A DNA stretch of 64,000 nucleotides from Actinomycetota bacterium. GTDB taxonomy: Bacteria; Actinomycetota; Acidimicrobiia; Acidimicrobiales; SZUA-35. The position numbers and the translations under genes are program-made. Position 1 is the stretch's first letter. Every line of letters begins with the position of its first letter. Positions 63,425 through 64,000 of this stretch are shown here, piece by piece. The stretch spans positions 16,078 through 80,077 of the forward strand of contig JBCCVL010000002.1 of assembly GCA_039195375.1 (NCBI GenBank), written 5' to 3'. The notes below the pieces were generated by a model, which was not told the DNA's origin, ran no database searches, and worked only from the letters and a program-made list of their open reading frames with translations.

Positions 63425-64000
63425 TCACCCCTCCGCGGCCGGCGCCGGAGGTGCCGGTTGGGCCACCACCACCGGGTCGTGCTCCCAGCCCGGGTGGGTG
63501 CCGTCGGCCAGCGCCTGCTGGTCGAGATCGGAGACGATGGCCAGCAGCGGGTACGGGTTGACCGGACGGCCGCCACCCGGGTGCAGTTGCAGATGCAGAT
63601 GGGGTGGCGTGCCGACGGCGTTGCCGGTGTTGCCGACGTGGCCGAGGAGGTCGCCGGCCTCGACCAGCAGCCCGTCGGTCAGGCCCGGGGCGAACGAGTC
63701 GAGGTGGGCGTAGTACCACTCGCTCCCGCTCTCCCCGAGCAGCCAGAACTTGAGCCCGCCGAGCCGGCCGATCCCGATGCGGGTCACGATCCCCCGCTCG
63801 GCCGCCACCAGTGGCGTGCCACGGGGGGCGAAGATGTCGATGCCCTCGTGCCAGTGCTCGTCCGGGGTACCGGTCATCCGGGGGAATCCGAAGCTGTCGA
63901 TGATGGGCACCTGGTAGGGCCCGGCGATCGGGAACAGCACGCCGTTGACGAACACCTCGCTGCCGGCGGAGAAGGCGGCGTATTCGATCTCGGCCTGTTC
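63425..64000 (-). CDS. M23 family metallopeptidase (5' part outside the window)
   Basis: Frame is open to base 64000; HEGID, YYAHL, HLHLQ. Confidence 0.9.
   Translation of the reverse strand, partial: EQAEIEYAAFSAGSEVFVNGVLFPIAGPYQVPIIDSFGFPRMTGTPDEHWHEGIDIFAPRGTPLVAAERGIVTRIGIGRLGGLKFWLLGESGSEWYYAHLDSFAPGLTDGLLVEAGDLLGHVGNTGNAVGTPPHLHLQLHPGGGRPVNPYPLLAIVSDLDQQALADGTHPGWEHDPVVVAQPAPPAPAAEG

Overview
High-GC actinobacterial core-genome segment; gene order and content suggest Acidimicrobiia (inference). Almost all genes are on the - strand. Left to right: pyrimidine operon (pyrR-pyrB-pyrC-carA-carB, with a PyrR-binding loop beside the pyrR Shine-Dalgarno), crotonase, CAP protein, nusB-efp-aminopeptidase P, an aroK-like/aroB fusion, DUF4388, aroE-mltG-ruvX-alaS, rarA, an inserted HTH-WYL/VOC pair, aspS-hisS, an accessory block (two YHYH lipoproteins, a DUF305 Tat lipoprotein, an orphan ATP-grasp enzyme), relA-secF-secD-yajC-tgt-queA-ruvBAC, an ABC-2 exporter, yebC-pdxT-pdxS, DUF3048 with an HtpX-like pseudoprotease, the PI/PIM cluster (pimA, acyltransferase, pgsA), MOSC, HIT, thrS, plsC, mshC, fabI, GNAT, two M23 peptidases, a CNNM pair and a lone ABC ATPase. 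I saw no rRNA, tRNA, CRISPR array or mobile element. The best candidate for an undescribed system is the YHYH-YHYH-DUF305(-ATP-grasp) block with phased response-regulator-like boxes upstream. Other leads: a WYL/VOC module with two palindromic operators and a PafBC-like promoter, a TGT lacking its Zn cysteines, two probable pseudo-enzymes, a ruvX with no canonical start codon, and many apparently leaderless genes. All family calls come from reading motifs by eye; no database search was run.
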